Positions 25,601 to 39,310 of a DNA stretch of 64,000 nt are shown here, piece after piece. The notes beneath the pieces are model-generated. The model was not told the origin of the DNA. It searched no databases and saw nothing but the letters and a program-made list of their open reading frames with translations. The position numbers were made by a program, and so were the translations under genes. The DNA comes from Amphiscolops sp. MND2022 (Eukaryota), in contig OZ076409.1 of the NCBI GenBank assembly GCA_964187785.1, positions 98,272,001 to 98,336,000 on the forward strand, given 5' to 3'. The first letter of the stretch is position 1; each line of letters begins with the position of its first letter.

Positions 25601-26764
25601 TTGCGGTGCAATAGCGATACGATTCAAAACGGCAATAGACATGTTATAAGTTTGAAAACATTATCTAGAAGTGATAGAAATTAGGACGCTAAACAACTTC
25701 GAAGACTGAAAGTTAACAGTATAGAAAAAAGTCAATTTCCAGGAAAAAAAGCAGGCTGTTTTTTACACAAAAACAATAGCTGAAACAAGGCTACAGGGTA
25801 TTTCAGGACCAACACGAGATGAGAGCAAAACGTTTAAACAGTCACTGAAGCAGCTGAGCTTTTGACGGATAAGAGATCGAAGATTGGAGGAAACAGAGCC
25901 ACAACCAAAAAATCAGCCGAAAACTTTAAGACAAGGGAGAGGAATATCCAAAAAGTGGAAATTTGCAACAACTGGTGTTTCTGTTGAGATCATACTACCA
26001 GGCCCAACAAAATCTTGGTATTTTCTTGCAAGACTTTAGCAGTTAAATCAAAAATCCTAACAAAAATGTAACATGAAAGAAGAAATTTGTCTCACAAATT
26101 TCAAATACTTACTTTTCAAATACACTGTTGTCCCAATTATTGTACTGATCAGTGAAGATGTTTTGATTGAATTGTCCCAGATAAAAAGATGCGACCCTTT
26201 AAAATTTAGAAATTCCAAAATTGAAAACCAAAATAGATTGCATTTATTAGTTTTCCCAGGGTTTTTCGAGAAAAAACAGTTTCACCTTTTGGTTCTGTTC
26301 TGTACTCACAACAGGGGCTGGTTAGTTCTTGGGGGAAATTTAGCATTTTTTCAAGGCGTTTTAGGCATTGTTATACGTGGTTTGTATAATGAGGTATCTA
26401 CATTTGTACGTCATTATACGTGTATTTGTATAATGACTTAGAGGTTTCGAAATGAAAGATTCCAGTTTCTAGGAAGCTGAATGAGTAAAAGTTAGTTGTT
26501 AATTTTTCATACTCGTTTATTACATATTAAGGTTCAGAACAAGTAAAAGAAGTAAAGTATTAATAAGAATAAGCTCCCGTAGCCCAATTGTTAATGGCGT
26601 TGATTTTCTTTCGCGAGGTTTCCTGTCCGAATCCGGTGAGAATTAATATGTATTTTTGGATTGAAGTGCGATGAATGACTGCTAGTCGCAACAATTAACC
26701 GGATGCCGCCATAGACTGAATCGTTATATATTTTAACAAAATGTATCAATTTCAGATCACGGTG

Positions 26765-27425
26765 ATCCGTTTGTTAGATTCTTTGACTTTCAGTCATGGG
26801 ATCGCCGGTTAGAATATACCTTCGGTCAAGTTTTTTTTTCCAAACACCACCCCTTGCCCGTTTTGCCAAACATATCAACAACATACTGGTATGCGAGCAT
26901 GGCTAATTACGTTATAATAATGATTTCGACAAAATCTGCCATGTGTTTCCAACTTAGTGATTTTTAGCCAAAAGCTATCAGGCCAAGTGTTCTTTACCCA
27001 AGACATTTGGGTTGAATTTATTATGCTAAATGACCAAATGTTTTAGGCAAAACGACTATAAGCCAAAAGACCATTTATCTACAAATAAGCTGCCTAAACG
27101 ATTCATCTTAACTTTGGTGGCAAATCGGAGCATCGAAAACTTTGCTAGTTTCAATTTGCAAAGTTCTTTTTTAAAACGCAGCCAAGACTTTAAACTTCAA
27201 CAACCATCATAATGCAAATCGATTTCAGTCACGTTTTAACCGGCAAAGTAGCGTGCTAATTGAGAAGCTGTGGCTCGATACGTTTTGTACTTGAAAACGA
27301 AAGTGTAAAAACAAAGTGATCGAGGTACTGAAGAGGTAGAGAACTTTTCGAAATTGCTTCGAATATTGGAAGCTGCATTGTAATCCTAACAAAGTTTTCC
27401 CTAGCAGTCATCTGGAGTTTTCTAG
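26765..27425. repeat. Right arm of long degenerate inverted repeat
   Basis: Reverse-complement match to 14950-15925, as above. Confidence 0.85.
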
Positions 27426-28771
27426 TTATCATGTTGTATTCTACTGTCTGAATTTATTTTTCCAGCAACATGACTCGTTTAGGCAGTTCGACAAAATTCA
27501 ATTGAAACTGTGAAATTTTTTGGCATGAAATTTCCGTGATGTTTCTGTACAGTCATTGTATATTTGCTACGTAACCGACAAAATTTATAATCATTGCAAT
27601 CAGTTACTCCAATATAACATCAACTCGCCGTTAACCTCGACAGTACACCGAGAAGTCATAAAGTTGGCAAAATTTTGGAATTTTTTTTGAAAGCTTCTTA
27701 TATCCACGAATAATAGCCGCCGCTCAAATCAGTTTTTTGCGCCGTGCCTTTCAAATGTCGGTTGCACTCATAACTGAAGATTCATTGAAAAACTTCAATA
27801 TGCGTTTTCAATGGCGGCCTACGCTGTAACTGAGTGGGACAGTAACTTAGCAAACAGTTGCTCAGTTATTGAGAAAAAGCAAATTTTGTGGAAAGTACTT
27901 TGTTGCAGATATTCATTTTTTTCTGTTCTTTTTTTTGCCAGTGGCTCGGAAAAAAACTATATGGACACAAATAACACTCACCCCAAGTAGTCCAATAGAT
28001 TGTCGATAAGAAAGACAGTTTTTTGTTTTCCTCTATGCTTTTTGCGTTTCGTAATTTGTTATTGATTGCGAAAAAAATCGCTGTCCTCATTTGAGAACGA
28101 AATCACTGTCGAGGTTAATATCGCATTCTATCCTTAAGACTTGAGCCTTTGATAGACGTTTCTGGGTCACTCTACATGGACCTGCAAAAAACTTTTATTA
28201 TGCTTAGCTTTTAATCGGCACTTCTCGAAAGAAGAACCGACTGCTGAGGCAGTTGCGTTTTCAAGGAAATTCTACATTCTTCTATACCCGCTTTCTATAC
28301 TCGCTATATCCGAATACTGTTTTTACATTCGAAGTAAATTGCTTTTTACCAAAGAGGATGCGGAAAATTGAATAATATCAGGTCCGATGTTTCGCTCCAA
28401 AATCGAAAGAAAAGCACACTATATCTGAATTTTTGACTGTATATGCGAAGTAAGAGGCGATTTATATTTTCGGTGAGAATAAAAGAATAAAAGGGGCCTC
28501 CTTTGGGTTTTTTCGGTACTTTGAAATTGACAATATGTTCAAAATAAAACTGACGCTTTTTCTCGTTTTGAGTCTAAAGCGGGGCGCCGAACTTATGCAG
28601 TTCCCAGTTTGTTCTTGTTTACTAAAAGCGCCAAATCAAACTTTTTTGACTGCTTTAAATGTTCTAAAAGGCAATGACAAGTTGAATATGACCGTAATAA
28701 GTTGAAGATATGCAAAATTGAAACGGCAGAAAGTCTATGGTGTTAATAAAAACTTCTGGTGAAACTTTCAG

Positions 28772-28873
28772 ACCACTTTTCAATGGAGACGTTGAGATTG
28801 CGGCCTGTGTTCAGAACAAACCGTTTGGCTATCAAAGACACCACGATTGGCCCTGGCATCAAAATAAAAGCAG
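28772..28873 (+). CDS. Cytochrome P450 exon D (K-helix ExxR)
   Basis: Not the frame shown in the ORF track. tttcAG|(D)HFSMETLRLRPVFRTNRLAIKDTTIGPGIKIKA(G)|GTCAGT. Phase 1-1 joins exons C and E in frame; ETLR is the ExxR motif. Confidence 0.9.
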
Positions 28874-29771
28874 GTCAGTCAAACAATTAGATTTCAGTAC
28901 CTTTTTCACTGCCTCCTTTTCATGATTATCATGCACAAAAAACGAGCTTCTGGAAAAAATGAAAAATCCGCCGATTCGTATTGTTTCTCCTTCGTCACGT
29001 TTTGGAACGTCAAAGTTGTAAAGTCTGCTGTAGTTTAGTTTAGAAGTCATCTGGTTGCATACAAAACCCTGCAACAAAAATTTCAGCAAAAAATATTTTT
29101 CATATTTTGTCAGAAATTTTCTCTCTTCATTTCGCCAGAGCAAAATTTAACCGTCGGTCTTTGCAAAAATTGGTCATCAGTATTTGAGGGCAAATTAACA
29201 CCGCCAACTTTGAAGTTACAATAGGTTCCAAAAAGCTGAAGACTGTTGATTTCACTGACAAAAAATTCAAATCGCATTCAGGTTCTACATATTCAATTGA
29301 CAAAAACGTTCCAACTGCAAAACTTCTCAATTTTCATCAGAATTACAAGGGTGTTATTATAACCCTGTTTTTTTGTTACTTTTTGACATTTTCCGAATTT
29401 TTTCATGCAATATCTCAAAAACAGCTGTTTTAAAAAAAAATCATTAGCCAAAATAGGTGTCACTAGCTTTTTGGTACCTTTCAGATTTTAGTATTTTTCA
29501 GAGTAAGTATACTGGTATCTCTCAAAATGGTATCAGGAAAACTAACTGGTCAAAAACAACTCGCCAAATGCAACTCGTCGAAAACAACTCGTCGAATAAT
29601 TACAGATTATCCAGGGGTAATTCCGAATTAGTTTTCCTTAATTGATGCGTGAAATTTTCACTTTTACTTGCAACGAGTTATTTTCGCCGAGTTATTTTTC
29701 CTAGATTCCTCAAAATAGCTCTCTTATTAAAGCTGCCGTTGTCACGGCGTTTACTGACTGAGCTCTTTCAG

Positions 29772-30100
29772 GTTACTCCATAGAAGTTGCTGTCAATGTG
29801 ATTCACATGGACCCCAAAATCTGGGATAAACCCGAGGAGTTCCGACCCCAGAGATTCGACCCAGAAGAAGCCAGCAAAAGGTCTCCCTATGCCTTCAACG
29901 CTTTTGGGGTGGGAAATCGTAACTGTCTGGGAATGCGATTAGGTCTCATCGAAGCCAAAATGGCGATAACTGGTTTGCTCACAGAGTACAAATTGAGCAT
30001 GGGAAAGAATACGCCTATAAAGATAACGCAGTTTGTGAAACACCCGTTCCATGTGCCTTTGCATCCAATTCATTTACGGGTCACGAAACGATATGCTTGA
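29772..30100 (+). CDS. Cytochrome P450 terminal exon (PERF and heme-binding motifs)
   Basis: Acceptor tttcAG ends at 29771. IHMDPKIW...FRPQRF and FGVGNRNCLG (FxxGxRxCxG), stop TGA at 30098-30100. Confidence 0.95.
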
Positions 30101-30778
30101 CCATAAACGCTGGAGTTTTACTTGGATGGCCATGTAGAATCCAAAAACATAAACGTTCAGCCAACAGAATTGCTACCTTATCAATTGTAATTTGACGGAA
30201 TTAATTCCAAGAGCTAAAAAATCTGTTTCCTTGGAAGGTTGATTGTATGCTCGAGTATGACGAAATATAATAAATGGCAAAATTAGGGATTATGTATAAA
30301 TTGGTGAGGTATTCTTTTGGGCTCTCAAAAATGTATATTTGCGTTCGCTGGCATGCATGTGAAAGAACACTACTTCAAACAGAACAAAATATAAAAGATA
30401 TCTTTCACCGTGTTAATACTGATGATGACTGAAAGTTGTATATTTGTATCGCTTTGAATAATTGCACCATCCTCAACAGATTGTAAAAACTATCTTTTGT
30501 TTTTACACACTCTTTTCGTAACGCCTTGACTGCCATGGATACCATAACAAAATCCAAGTAAGATGATCTTTCTGCAATAATTCAACATTCCAAGTATTTC
30601 TTGTTAAAACTTTAACGAGCATCGAGTTTTTCGAAAGCATGGTAAAAAAGGAAACTGTTTTGGTTGCAAACTGTTGTTTTAGATCTTTTTTAATGTTTTC
30701 GATATTTTCAGATGTCATTACTGTGGTTTCCTTCGTTTTCCATATGATTCAATCTGATTTCATGCCTACAATAATATA

Positions 30779-30955
30779 ATTCCATGCGATTCCATGCATG
30801 GGACCATATGATTCCATACGATTCCATGCATGGGACCATATGATTCCATACAATTTCATGCATGGAACCATATGATTCCATGCGATTTCATGCATGGAAA
30901 CGGCATGAAATTATTGTATGGAACCATATGGTTCCATGCATGGAATCGCATGGAA
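30779..30955. repeat. ~31 bp minisatellite with fold-back end
   Basis: About 4 copies of attccat(g/a)cgattccatgcatgggaccatatg, then inverted units; perfect palindrome atggaaccatatggttccat at ~30918-30937. Confidence 0.85.
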
Positions 30956-31228
30956 GACTTATGAATTTGGATCCGGGTGAAATGGAGCAAATGCAATCCG
31001 TTGACATGATACTACATAACTCAACAATTTTAGATTAGCTGAACATCATATCCTGTAAACAACAAAAATTTATCATACAAAATAACATCTTTTTGCCGAT
31101 CGTGAATATTATGTTCCGGCATAAAATTTGGAAACAACAAAATTGAAAGTGAATGGAGGGAACGATAAATTAAGACAAAGCGACAAATGAGGTGCAGGTT
31201 AGTGCGGTACAAAAAGCAAGAAATAATA

Positions 31229-31310
31229 TTCGCCCCCACCGGGTTTCGAATCCACGAATCCCCACAGAACACGCCCTTGTCGTGAATCAAACCACTGCGC
31301 ATTGATGCCC
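31229..31310 (-). repeat. tRNA-derived (SINE-head-like) segment
   Basis: Minus strand has an A-box-like TGCGCAGTGG and a B-box-like GATTCGAAAC, but no canonical cloverleaf. Confidence 0.4.
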
Positions 31311-31555
31311 ATGGCTTAGAAACACCAACAATCGAACACATTTTACACATAGCGTAGATTTTGGTTTTATCATTGTTTATCACGTTAAAAAATAACAAAC
31401 TAAAATTTATTCAAGATGGAAATCATAACATTTCAAAAACATGAAACAAATTCAAGAATGAAAAGAGCAGTTTGAACATCAATTGATACGCAATAATTAA
31501 TATGAGACTCAAATTGGACCCAAACACGATTTCCCAACCCCCAATATTAGAATAC

Positions 31556-33800
31556 ATTAGGTGATATCATCGATAATAACGGAGAATAGTACGAATGGTG
31601 TTAGAGGGCATTTAACTTTGAAAATGAATAAACAAGGGTTTCAGCAAGGTTTGATTCTGGTTATTCGTGATGATAGGGTGTGACACCTGCAAGACATCTA
31701 ATAAAGCATCTCGCCGCAATTCTTCTCTATCCGTCTTGGAGTGAAAGCGATCAGTGAATTCGAGGACCACTGAACCCGTATTACATGTAGAGTCGATAGG
31801 CCAACAGACCACCCCGCTGCCTGGTCAAAATTCGTGCTAAGGGATGGCGGATCGGCGATCTGAAAGGCAACTTCTAGAAGTCACAGGCGTCAAAGCCAAT
31901 CAAGGAATTCTGCAATCTTGATAATCCGGTGCCTGATGCAGTACGAAAAGACTCCGTAAAAGCTGCAAACCGTCTTCTAGAGATGAACTCACTTTGAGTA
32001 TCTTCGTAATGGTGCACACTTTGGCCAAAGTTACATTTCGGCAGTTTAGTCTTTTAGGTAATCGTATTTCGTCATCATTCCTTTTTTGGTGGCTGACTCA
32101 GTGTTGAGTAATACAGTTTTTCCTACTTCGGTACCAAAAGTTCATTAGAAGTACAATCTTTCATCGTTAGTCGGACTTGGTTCTACCTTCTTGTCAATCA
32201 TGACTAGTGGTTTTACTTCGTGTTCAATATAATTTATGTGGAGGTATCACTGACTCAAAATTTTTCCACTTTTGCGAGCACGACTTTATCTCTGACATTT
32301 TTATTGACATTTGCACTTTTTGTCAGGTTTTTTCGTCTCACAAAAACGTTCTCATCATTATCTTTCTATTCTGACTCTTTCAGTGTGAAAAACGCCTTTG
32401 AAGTGAGATAGTAAAAAAATCAGGTGTCAAAATTTGCAAAACTCTCGTTTTTGAAGGGCTCTTACTCCGTCAATTTGAAAGTTGCAGGGTTGGGGTCTTC
32501 ATACATCAATACCCAAGTCAATCAAAGTTTTTTGCACTTTAGATGAAGTCTCAGACTTTTCTGAACAGAACTTGGTGGCACTTTTTCTAGAAACAGTCAT
32601 TTTTCAAAATTTATTGGCCTGTCCTTCAACATCAGAGGTCAATATCTCGGAACCAGGTCTTTTTTTCGAAAAAAACTTCACGCTAAACGCTGTGCGCCAT
32701 TTTCTTGTGCGTCTACTCTGAAAGTTTCAGCTCGAAATCGCCCAAAACATGCGAAAGGTTCAGCATTTTGGCAAGTCGATCTTCCTAATAGCAAAAAAAA
32801 TCACAACTTTTCATTGTTGGGGGTTCCTCGCTAGCGTGCCGCAGCGCCCTATTTACTTTTTGGGCCTTTTTAACGTTTGCTGGGTCAGATATCAAAAACT
32901 ACTGAAAATTATTCGTTTTCCAATTACCACAAGTTACAAGTTACAAAACTTGTTAAGCTTTAGTTTAGTTTGTATCGGGATCTTTTTTGACAATTGTAAC
33001 GATCACACGAACCATTCAGACGAAAGTCATTTTTGGATACTCGTCGAAATTTTAAAACCATAAAATTTCAAAGCCTCCCCAGCCAAGTTCTCTTCGTTGC
33101 CCAAGTCTCAAACTTTCAAAATGAACGTTTCCTTGGACGGACTATTGAATGCTGCAAACCATTTGTTGATATCTTTTCTCATTTTTGAGAAATCGCGTTC
33201 TGATTTTTATTTTGTGTTGAGAGGCTGGGATGATTCCAAAGTGTGCGGCGGCTGTTTTCTTAATAGCAGTGCGTACAGCCACTCACAGTGCGTTCTCAAT
33301 TTGTTTCCTTTCGCTTTCCAACAAGCTTTGGTGAGTTGCACTCTATGCTTATACCGCTCACTGTGAAGTTTTCACTCTCAAATACATGTATTAACACCAA
33401 TTTGATTGAATACCTGTTCATAGTTACAAATGATTTCAGTTCAATCTCTGTGGAAAATCGTTTTTCAAATGTTCTGAGAAACTTACTCAACTTGTAGTCA
33501 GGTCAAATAAGAACTTGCGAAAATCGATGTCAAAATTTCCTTCCGATAAAAAGTTCATACATAGTTTTAAGTCGTGGCGGTATAGTTTTATTAAGTTGCG
33601 CTTCATATCAACTAGAAATGCCTATTTTGGTCGTCATCTGAACTAAAGACAATGTTTTTGACATTAAACAATAAGGCGGGGTACTTGAAGTACTCAATGT
33701 TATCATTACTTTCAAAGATATCAGATCCGTGAAATCTACCTTGCTGAAGGTACAAAACTTAAAATCACATCATAGCATGATCAAATGACAAGTCCTACTT
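31556..33800. repeat. Diverged dispersed repeat, copy 1 (copy 2 at 39309-41090)
   Basis: 31556-31732 matches 39309-39486 and 32432-33800 matches 39488-41090 in direct orientation; copy 2 lacks ~700 bp. Confidence 0.85.
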
Positions 33801-34899
33801 TCCTTACAATTGGATTACTACGCTCCTGAGTAGTTGGTTGATTGAAATTTTAAGTCAAATACTAATGCGATCTGATTCGCCAATTCTTTGACAAGTCAAG
33901 TTCTAATGCTTGAAATACAATAGTAAATCACTCCACACTCAATTAACAGCCACTTGAACATTTTCAAAATTCTTGACTCAAAATTGCAGAATTCAATTTC
34001 ATTCTCTTATAATTACATTCTTACTGTCCGGTGTTTCTAGTTCCTTTTCCTAAACCTTTTAATTCGATTTTTTTTTCAATTTTCTGTCGAACCGAGGAAA
34101 CATAGTTTTCGAGTGTTTTATTGGGGCAAAAAAATACGGGGTGTGTAAATGTAATAAAGGAAATTGGCTGGGTACAAGTTAATACTATGGAAACCTTCAT
34201 CTCACGTGTGGAGTTCCGTACTAGTGTGCAAAGGCTTCCTTCACATTTTATGATTTGCGGATTTCAGCCTTGATCATAATATTATTGCCTGAATGGTGCA
34301 GGTATCATTGGAAACCATCTTAAACTCCGCCAGGAGGTAGCCATCTTCAGGATCATCATCAAAAGTTTATGAACGATATCATTTTGGCGACATTTCCGCG
34401 ACTTAGCTGTTGCGATAGGTCATCCGCGAAGGCTCTAGGTAGAACAAATGCCAGCGCTGGTTTCAAACGGCTTCTTACTTTTCACGATGGTGTCCGATTA
34501 CATCAACACAAATAAAACATATAGATTATTTTTCGACTAAACTAGCGAATCAAAAAACTTGAGTCAGGGAAAAACTTTTCCACGTCACCAAAACACACAT
34601 TTACATGGGGAATAAATACGATATTAATTTTCTCCTCTAAAGATAAAACTCGTTTGAATGGATTGTAGGGACGACCACTACAACTTTCCGCGACAGAAAC
34701 GATGAGGTTAAAGCAAAAGAATGAAGGTGAGCTTATAACGACAATGATGACGCTTTTTTCAGACTCAACACCACCTTGACTTACTGTCCGAGCTTTCGAT
34801 AAATCACTTAGTTATAATCGCGAACAGCTAAGCAAATATTGAGCTTCACTACTTCGTATGACTCAACTCACATGACTGTCATCCGAAGACACTAATGTT

Positions 34900-37800
34900 T
34901 TTTTGGACGTGCTACGTACTCGTCTATGCCTAAGCGAAATGGCGGTCGCCGATTCCGTGTGGTGTATAGTAAACAAGTCCCTTCGGTTACTCTAGTTATC
35001 TTCATCCTGGTTCGGCGGTTAGTCATTTCAGCCTTCGTGTGTTTTTTCAAAGGAAGAAGAGGAGTTTATGACGGTTCGGGGACATCTATGTACAAAGGAC
35101 GATTGGCCAGAACATCCGTCTCGTCGTCTGTGGCACTTCGTCGTCTGTGGCACGGGGAACGTCGTGAAACAACACGTGCGGCAGATTTCTATGGGTTTGA
35201 AGTTCCGCCAAAGTTGGGCAAAAAACATGTTATGGCTACTTTTCGATCTCTCGGTCGGATGAATCGGATTCATCCTCTACTTCTTCGAAGATCGGGAGCG
35301 TCTTTGTTGTTAACCGTTCGGAGCGTTCCGTGAGTGATTTGCCAAGAAAAAGCTTTAAATGATTGATATGAATGTTTTGCCACTTATCCGGGAAGCCTCG
35401 TCTACAAATCAGATAATTCACTTCGCTAGTTCTCGAGTACTTGGTACGGTTCTTACGAACGCATGTTAAATTTAGGAAATTTAGCTCGGCGTGGCTCCTT
35501 GCGAGATCTCCTGGTTCGAACGGAGTGTGATGCGGTTTTCGTTGATAATAGTCCTTCTGCCGACATTGTTGTTTCCCATAGTCGCTTGCGCATGACTATC
35601 TAGTTAGTACAAGTTTTAGCTCATTTCGGTTCCTACGTCGCCTACTTCTTTCCGAGGGTCTCTGGGCTGTTCCTAAATGAAATCAGATCGATCGGATATC
35701 GAGCGTCTCGGCCATATACCATGGAAAATGGAGTGGTACCGATTGTCTTATGAACCGTGGTGTTATACACAAAAACTACGTGGGGCAAATACGGGTCTCA
35801 TTCGTGTAGTATCTCGACACAATCCTTCGATATTGTGTCGGCAATAACGCAGTTTAGTAGTTCTAATTGCCCGTTGCCGTGTGAGTCGTACAAAGAGGTA
35901 CTAGTTTTGTTGATCATGAATCTTTTACAAATATTCAGCATCACTTCACTGTTGAAATTAGTCCCTTGATCCGTATGTAAGGTATCACGCGCACCGAACT
36001 TCAAAAACCACCTTTCTAACAAAGCCATGGCCATAGTTTTAGATGTAAGATCTTTCACAGGTACGGTTACACCATACTTCGTATACAAGTCAAATATCAC
36101 GAGAATATACCTCCCTTGAGATAGTTTCGCTAACGTAACAGGTCCTAAGAGTTCTGCTGTTATCATCTGAAACAAGGCCCTCACTTCGACTATTGCAAAT
36201 TTGCTCTTCGACTTTACTCCGCAGTATTCCTAGCGGCACAGAGAACACATTCAGCAATATATTTCTCGACGCTTGGCCTGAGGTCAGGCCACCAAAATTT
36301 TCGCGACAAAGTTTTCTCTACCGCAAAGTGACCTCCATTAAGGGGAGAATCGTGCAATTGATACAACACATCGGCGAGCATAACCGAAGGGAGTGCAGCC
36401 TGCGGGATTTGATGATTCCAATTACCAGGAGCCCATTTCCGATAGCGGACCCAACTAGCTAAAGCAAATTGTTCGCCGTTACTCCAAAATTCTAATGCCT
36501 CGGGACAATTCTATTCTAGGGCGGTTTCGCGCGGGATTGTCTTGGGTTCCAAGTCTTCCATAGTTCAATCAATGGGAACCCTGTGTCTCATCATAGCTCT
36601 AAACAAAGTTCCTACACCATGTTCCATTCATTGGCCGTAGTCTAAATCGCTATCGGATGCAGTCCACGAAATGTGCCCTCCTTTTGCTCTGACACTATTG
36701 TCTCTTCAGGGGTTACAACCGCGCAAGTGATATCTGCTTGCGGAACTTGAGGCACACTGTCGGGATACGACTGGAGGGTGCGTAGGCATTCGTTCCTTTA
36801 TTTCGAGGTTTTCGAATTAAGATTGGCTAACTTCAAAATTTCGTCAACATCCCGCTCGGAGGTATTGTTAACTTCGGAGGCCGCTGACACTGTATCAGGT
36901 CCGGGTAACGTTTCATTTTCCGGAGGATGCGAAGGCTCTCGTAGGATTTGTATCGGTACTTTGACGATTGATCCATCGTCCCTTCGAATAGTCAGTTTTG
37001 TTTGACCATGTGGGCCGTACAACGGTGTTCAATTAAAAAAGTTATTCCCAGTAGAATTTCAGAGTGCAGACGCACTACTATGACGAATTCGTCGTTGCCC
37101 AAAAGAGTTTTTATTTCCGCTTTCATTATGACTGGCATTTCGCTGGCTATGGAGCCAGTTAGACCACTGGCGTCGTAGTTATTGGGTAACCGATCGCTCG
37201 GTCTAGTTCCGAACTCGATAAACTCCGACTCCGCTGCGGTGTCTATCACTACACAAAATCCACGGTGTTCAACTTCGTATGGAATAAAATGCGTTGTTTA
37301 TGGAGCGTACGTTCTGGGAGCAGCCTCACTCAGTTTATTCTCGTCACTCAAAGCCTGATTCGAAAACTCTGCAATCTTTTTAGCACAAACTTTTCAGTGG
37401 ACTATTTACAACAGAGGGATTTGGTTCTTTCGGATATAATCGTCCGCGACCAGTATCTGCGCACATTTGTCGCCAAAGTCCCGAGTTGATACCATTACTT
37501 CAATTGTGCTGTCGCAGACGGCCTTCGTTAGTCCAAGACCTAGGGCGAACAAACGGGTTAGTTTTGGGAATGTTTGTAACAGTCGGGAAAGGGATAGTAT
37601 CCGTATCGGGAGAAGAATCTGCCACTGCATACTCGGCTGACGGTAGTTTAGAGGATGTTGCTTGAATTCGTGTGGACAGTCCTTATCGTAATGTTCTTTA
37701 GCGCATCCGAAACATCCCGCGTTTCAGAGCGGGGGATGCGTGATGTTTACATGTCAGAACGAACCTACCCTAGAAGAGGGTTAAGGGGGCTTGGGAACGA

Positions 37801-39310
37801 CGAGGCTGTCAGCTTTGGGGAGGCCCGCCAACCGGCCGTTGCGAACTTCCCACATCTCCTATAATCGCGTATGACATTTTTTTCATACTTTGTACAATGG
37901 GTTCACTTTGTGTCGCGCCATTGCTTTGGATTGTTTTGATATTTGCAGACAAATGGAATTTTCAAAACTGTTCAAACGACTGGCAACGTTGCTTAACGAA
38001 GTTTGTAGAGCTGCCATTTTTCTTCAATTTGATTGTTGTTGGAATAGCCCGCTGCAACTACATCGAAATATTCGAGATCGTCTCGGCAGTAGCAGCGTTT
38101 CTCAAGTTTTCGATCTCTTTTTGATTCTTGACTTTTGTGGATTATTTCGAGTTCATGTGCTCTCTGCAAAGTTTCCCCTTCTCACGCACACGCTCGTCTT
38201 CATACAAATTAGTTTGTATTCTTGAATCACAAAGTCCCTCGATAACTTGGTCTCTCATATCGCGTCCTCTTACCCTGGGGGTTTCGTAGGAAATGCTATA
38301 TCTGCAAGATATTGTACTCTCCTCGCAATTTCTCCTAGGTCTTTGTTTTTCCATTGTTCAACTGCGATATATTGGGACCGCGTAGCTCTTTGACTGCGAT
38401 ACTGTTGCATTTTTGGTTTAAAGACTTCAAGAAATTCATCAAATCGTGGGAGTTAACAAGCAGGTTTTTTTCAATATATCTTCATGGGACTGTTTCAAAT
38501 TCTTCAAAAGCCGAAGTTGATAACCAAGTAGGCAATGCTGCAAATTTTGGACTATCTTTCCGCCAATTGGCTTTAGTACCTGCCGTGAACTGTTTCACCT
38601 ATTTTTCCCAACGGTTGTAGTCGTCACGGTTGTAGTCCCAACGTTTTTCGTGTTTTTTGGTGGTGTTTCGTGGAGGGGTTTTTGTTTTCGACTAGATTCA
38701 TTTTCGACAGCTAGGTATCATCCGATAGGATACGTTTCATGTATTTTTCCAATTCTCGCATTGGCCTATAGGCGTGTTGTTTCCGTTCCTTGGGGGCGGC
38801 GGCCGATCCTAGGAAGGAAAATCTAGCGGACTTAGAAGTGAGTGGTGTACTACCACCAGTGACGAGAGAATGGGTGCCGTGATCTTCTTCGGCGGATGGG
38901 GACAGCTGCAGCTCGTTTTCCTCGTCTTCAGACATCGTGGGAATGGGATCAGAAACTCAGGGGTTGAAATCAGTGTTTCAATGGAAAAGGCGATAACAAA
39001 AAAAGCAAAGAATGCCCACGGAGGAGCACCAATGTAAGATATTTGGTTTTCAGTAGCTTTGAAAATTTGTTGAGAAGAGCTCCACTACAACTCAACTAAA
39101 CCTGTAGGTACCATGCACGAGACAAGAACTGGCTGAGTATCTACATAAGTTTTCGTTAACGCCAAAAGGGAAGAAGAGTCAACTCAAATCAAGACGGCGA
39201 GGGTACGGAAATCACGCTATTTGACTACTTTGTCATCTGTCCCTTTTCTGGGCGTTGTCCGGTTACTCTTAACCTGTTTTAAGGTGTCTTTTCAGGAATG
39301 GGTGGCAACA
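34900..39310 (-). mobile_element. Decayed Gypsy-type LTR element lacking RT/RNase H
   Basis: Putative 5' LTR TG..CA at 39033-39310 followed on minus by a PBS-like TGGTGCTCC. Gag remnants 38935-37850, protease IDTAA..ILLGITFL (~37249-37030), integrase LLGP..IFDLYTKY..LHTDQGTNF..GNGQLE (36184-35798). 3' LTR not identified. Confidence 0.78.

Noticed and set aside
27488..27540. RQNSIETVKFFGMKFP resembling the P450 post-K-helix strand
   Set aside because: Flanked by stops and lacks ExxR; the real exon is at 28772-28873.
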